Part shown: positions 54,267 through 57,610 of the stretch, piece after piece
Layout: each line of letters starts with the position of its first letter
How positions within the stretch are numbered: the first letter of the stretch is position 1
DNA from: a virus
Taxonomy: Duplodnaviria; Caudoviricetes
Virus record (IMG/VR): IMGVR_UViG_3300034103_001617
Coordinates: 1 to 57,610 of that record
Length of the DNA stretch: 57,610 nt
Strand: one strand, 5' to 3'
The notes under the pieces: generated by a model
Told to the model about the DNA's origin: nothing
Seen by the model: only the letters and a program-made list of their open reading frames with translations
Databases searched by the model: none
Translations under genes and position numbers: made by a program

Positions 54267-54971
54267 CTAGATGTTGTACTGATTGATGTATTGTAACACA
54301 AAATTGGCCCAAAAGCAATGGGCTTCGGCACCAAAATGATATGATTCGGGATTTACCGTTTCAAATCCATTTTGACGCAGAACCGAATCATAGGTTTGAT
54401 CTTCTTCATACGGACCAATAAAACAGTTGCTCCAGTCGTACTTTAAATTAACATTGTTAAAGCATGAGTTACCGTTGAACATTAGATGTCGGATTTTTCT
54501 TTGTTTGAGATAGTTATGAAAATCCCAGATTTTTTCGTGCCATTGAGCAATGCATTGGTTCCAATCAATGTTTGCTATGAATTCTTTGTAGCGTTGTTGC
54601 AAGTGATCTGGCACATGATCAATGCCACTGGCGTTGACTTGATAGTAGGTTCCGTCATCTAACCATTCTTCACGTTCCCAGGTGCTCCACTGTAGTACCA
54701 ACAAACTGTCTTTCAGTGTGCCCTCGTCTTGTTGATCAATCCAGTGCTGCGTGGTTCTAAGTATTCTTGAGTTAGAACTTGCGCTTTCTGCATCACACCA
54801 AAGCACAGCAAACCATGCATTGGCAATCTCACACCCATAACTTACACGTTCATTATACGGATGTGGCTTGCGTCCTAGACCCCAAAAGAATGGATCATCT
54901 TCAGCAAATGCGTATGGCACTGCTGCTTCTGCGGCGGCACTGTGACTATCACCGTTGACGTAAACTATCAT
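54267..54971 (-). CDS. SGNH-like hypothetical protein
   Basis: YVNGDSHS, SNSRILRTT, QWSTWEREE, YHFG..AH. Confidence 0.6.
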   Translation of the reverse strand: MIVYVNGDSHSAAAEAAVPYAFAEDDPFFWGLGRKPHPYNERVSYGCEIANAWFAVLWCDAESASSNSRILRTTQHWIDQQDEGTLKDSLLVLQWSTWEREEWLDDGTYYQVNASGIDHVPDHLQQRYKEFIANIDWNQCIAQWHEKIWDFHNYLKQRKIRHLMFNGNSCFNNVNLKYDWSNCFIGPYEEDQTYDSVLRQNGFETVNPESYHFGAEAHCFWANFVLQYINQYNI

Positions 54972-55519
54972 TTAATACGGAATTCTGCAAAATTATCAAT
55001 TACTGGTAGTTGTCTTACCAGAACTGGATCCTGTTCTTTATCAGGTTCGTCGCGTAACACTCTTTCTGTTTCAGCCATAGCCACTCTTCTCCTTAGGCTT
55101 GAACTTGAAAAACTATGGTCTCGCTTGTTGAAAATGATGTCAATACCACGAGCTTCGCACTCCCACTTGCCAGAAAACTCTCGACCATGATATTCGACGC
55201 CAAGTATTCTTACATCAATGGGCAGTATCAACAATAGATCAACTAGATCTTGTTCGGTGCTGTAGGTCACAACTTCATCTACATACCGACATGCAGCCAA
55301 TTGAATCTGTCGTTCAACTATGCTTTGCACTGGTTTGTTTTTGGTATCAGGTCTATCAATTGTGGGATCAGTTTGTAACCCACAAATAAGATAATCACAG
55401 TGATTTTTAGCTTCACTAAGCATGGCAACATGTCCAGCATGCAGCATGTCAAAGGTAGAAAAAGTTATACCAATTTTTTTACCATCTGCTTTGAGTTTTT
55501 TAATGTGATTGAATATCAT
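54968..55519 (-). CDS. Cytidylyltransferase (TagD/RfaE-like)
   Basis: FSTFDMLHAGH (HxGH), YVDEV, RDHSFSSSSLR. Confidence 0.88.
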   Translation of the reverse strand: MIFNHIKKLKADGKKIGITFSTFDMLHAGHVAMLSEAKNHCDYLICGLQTDPTIDRPDTKNKPVQSIVERQIQLAACRYVDEVVTYSTEQDLVDLLLILPIDVRILGVEYHGREFSGKWECEARGIDIIFNKRDHSFSSSSLRRRVAMAETERVLRDEPDKEQDPVLVRQLPVIDNFAEFRIK

Positions 55520-56228
55520 ACCATTTATCTAAAAGAAAATTTGCAAATTTACGATGACCATTGACTGACAAATGTCCGGTGATTGGATTGGCATCCGGAT
55601 CGTGTTCTTTTGCCCATCCTTGAATATAAACTTCATGTAAATCTAAAATGCGACGATCTAAACAAACTGCTTGTGCTTGATATAAACTTTCTATGTAAGG
55701 AAACGAATTTAATGGTACCGATGAATTATCGGCTGCAGAAAAAAACAGATAATCAACATTTTGATTCTGTAAAAATTGCGACAACAGATACACATTGGTA
55801 TAGAAGTCAGTTATTTGTTTATGTACAAATAAATCGTCGTTTATTAGACACTTTTGTTCTAGGCTGCATTCGTTGAGTTGAGCCAACATGTCTAATGTTA
55901 TAAATTTTGGATTAAGATGAATTTCTTTGGTTTGATCCGGGATTTGGTTCAAAACTGTTGATTTATTACCATAGTACCATACTTCAAGCCTGCGTACAAA
56001 AGACCACCCTACTATAACAATAAGCCTGTTGGTATTGTTTTTTTCTTGTAAAACTTGTTCAATTGTAGTTCTTGTAATTCTATCGTTACTTGAACCTGCA
56101 CTAGCAATGTTAACAAGAGGCAAGTTTAGTTGTTCAGCAAGTGTTGTAGCCCAGGGTATAGATATACCAGCCGCAGAATAACTATCACCATTGACAATAA
56201 TTTTGTCGTAGTCAATTCCAGAAGTCAT
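55500..56228 (-). CDS. SGNH-like hypothetical protein, paralog of 54267..54971
   Basis: VNGDSYS, GSSNDRITRTT, VGWSFVRRLE, GHLSVNGH. Confidence 0.6.
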   Translation of the reverse strand: MTSGIDYDKIIVNGDSYSAAGISIPWATTLAEQLNLPLVNIASAGSSNDRITRTTIEQVLQEKNNTNRLIVIVGWSFVRRLEVWYYGNKSTVLNQIPDQTKEIHLNPKFITLDMLAQLNECSLEQKCLINDDLFVHKQITDFYTNVYLLSQFLQNQNVDYLFFSAADNSSVPLNSFPYIESLYQAQAVCLDRRILDLHEVYIQGWAKEHDPDANPITGHLSVNGHRKFANFLLDKWYDIQSH

Positions 56229-56639
56229 CTAAGATATCTCTCTTCGGCCTCCGCCGAGGTCCTTATCTTGAATGTATCGTGAAGGGTTCATGGCTTGTTC
56301 CTGTTCCCAAGTTTCTAAAACCACATGTCTGCATACATTTTGAAACCATCTATCCACAATCACATTTTCTGGCTCGTTGGGTTTCATTTGATAACCAGCA
56401 CGTACTAAATTTGAAATAAACTTATCATTCCAATCTAGCTCAAATGCCCCTTGATGCAAGTTGTCTGGATCCAAATCAAAAGTGGTTATGGCCACATAGG
56501 GCTCGCCTTTTTCTGTTGCGATTTCTTTGTCAGATTTGATCACAGGAGGTGGAGCAGGTGGTGCTGCTGCTGGGGGTACAGCAGTTTGCGGTTTAGCTGT
56601 CTTTTTCTTCTTGGGCTTTAAAAAATTTAACCAACTCAT
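56229..56639 (-). CDS. Hypothetical phage protein
   Basis: ATEKGEPYV...GAFELDWN...VDRWFQNVC. Confidence 0.65.
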   Translation of the reverse strand: MSWLNFLKPKKKKTAKPQTAVPPAAAPPAPPPVIKSDKEIATEKGEPYVAITTFDLDPDNLHQGAFELDWNDKFISNLVRAGYQMKPNEPENVIVDRWFQNVCRHVVLETWEQEQAMNPSRYIQDKDLGGGRREIS

Positions 56640-56648
56640 AAAAGGTCC

Positions 56649-57610
56649 TTAAAATAAATCTATGTTTTCCCAAGGCAAATAATGTTTACCAAAATGTCCG
56701 TAGTTTGTGGTTTCACCATAGATTGGTCTAAACAAATCAAACCTATCAATGATGCCCTTGGGTGTAAGATCAACATTTTTAGTTATGTAGTCATACAACT
56801 CTTGATCGTTGCCATCGGGTGTGCGAATAGTAAAACTGGTTGGATCTGCTCTACCAATAGCATAGGAAATTTGAATCACTGCTTGAGTAGCACGACCACT
56901 GGCCACTATGTTTTTGGCTAGATAACGGGCCATGTACGCTGCACTTCTATCTATTTTAGTAGGATCTTTGCCACTAAATGCTCCGCCACCATGGGGCGCA
57001 TATCCACCATAGGTATCAACAATGATTTTTCTGCCTGTGAGTCCTGTGTCACCATCTGGCCCACCTATTACAAATCTACCAGTGGGATTGATCAACAATT
57101 CAGTATCATCATCTACTAGATCTCCTAGTGCAGAAAAAATAACATTGCTTACAATATTTTTGACTACTTCAGGATCAACATCTTCTACATGCTGTGTACT
57201 ACAAACCACTTTGGTGGCTCTTACTGGCACACCGTTGGAATATTCCAATGTTACTTGACTTTTGGCATCTGGGCCTAGTACAGACACAACTCCTTCTTTT
57301 CTCATCTGTGCTAATTGTTCAACAATTCTGTGACTATAATAAATTGCACTGGGCATCAATGAAGGAGTTTCTACTGTGGCATAACCAAACATCAAACCTT
57401 GATCACCTGCACCAAAGTTATCAGTGCCCAGAGCTATGTCAGCACTTTGTTCATGCATTAGATTAGTGATTTTTACAGTACGATAATCAAATCCTGGCTG
57501 CTCATAACCAATCCTACGAATAGTTGACCTAACAGTGTTCTCTACTTCATACGGATCCAACACACCTTTGTACTCGCCTGCTACAATCACCGTGTCTGTG
57601 GTAACAAGTG
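56649..57610 (-). CDS. metK: S-adenosylmethionine synthetase (5' end beyond window)
   Basis: GAGDQGLMFGYA, NPTGRFVIGGP.GDTGLTGRKIIVDTYGG, GGGAFSGKDPTK. Confidence 0.97.
   Translation of the reverse strand, partial: LVTTDTVIVAGEYKGVLDPYEVENTVRSTIRRIGYEQPGFDYRTVKITNLMHEQSADIALGTDNFGAGDQGLMFGYATVETPSLMPSAIYYSHRIVEQLAQMRKEGVVSVLGPDAKSQVTLEYSNGVPVRATKVVCSTQHVEDVDPEVVKNIVSNVIFSALGDLVDDDTELLINPTGRFVIGGPDGDTGLTGRKIIVDTYGGYAPHGGGAFSGKDPTKIDRSAAYMARYLAKNIVASGRATQAVIQISYAIGRADPTSFTIRTPDGNDQELYDYITKNVDLTPKGIIDRFDLFRPIYGETTNYGHFGKHYLPWENIDLF

Noticed and set aside
1-57610. CRISPR array, integrase or transposase
   Set aside because: No regularly spaced repeats or recognisable recombinase motifs seen.

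Overview
AT-rich, gene-dense 57.6 kb segment that reads as part of a large (jumbo/T4-like) bacteriophage genome, probably infecting an aquatic proteobacterium. This is an inference: no capsid, terminase or polymerase gene lies in the window. Left to right it holds: (1) a modification/biosynthetic cluster with radical SAM enzymes, a NodU/CmcH carbamoyltransferase, a 2OG-Fe(II) oxygenase, an FkbM methyltransferase, an amidinotransferase, GT-like proteins and an epimerase; (2) thyX, a MoxR/vWA pair, ahcY, an rpoZ-like gene and rubrerythrin/DUF3501; (3) a Pho-box-preceded phosphate module (pstS, OprO/P porin, PlcP-like phosphoesterase, GT2); (4) dnaK, a circularly permuted tmRNA and an NAD-dependent formate dehydrogenase; (5) a minus-strand array of 26 tRNAs covering all 20 amino acids, interleaved with radical SAM genes, an unannotated pqqA and several structured ncRNA candidates; (6) small early-type genes with sigma70 promoters, an RNase H-like nuclease, a cytidylyltransferase and a partial metK. 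The top finding is at the head of the tRNA array: a leaderless 41-codon peptide containing all 20 amino acids, overlapping an antiterminator/terminator pair. It looks like a ribosome-stalling attenuator that would switch on phage tRNAs when any aminoacyl-tRNA runs short.
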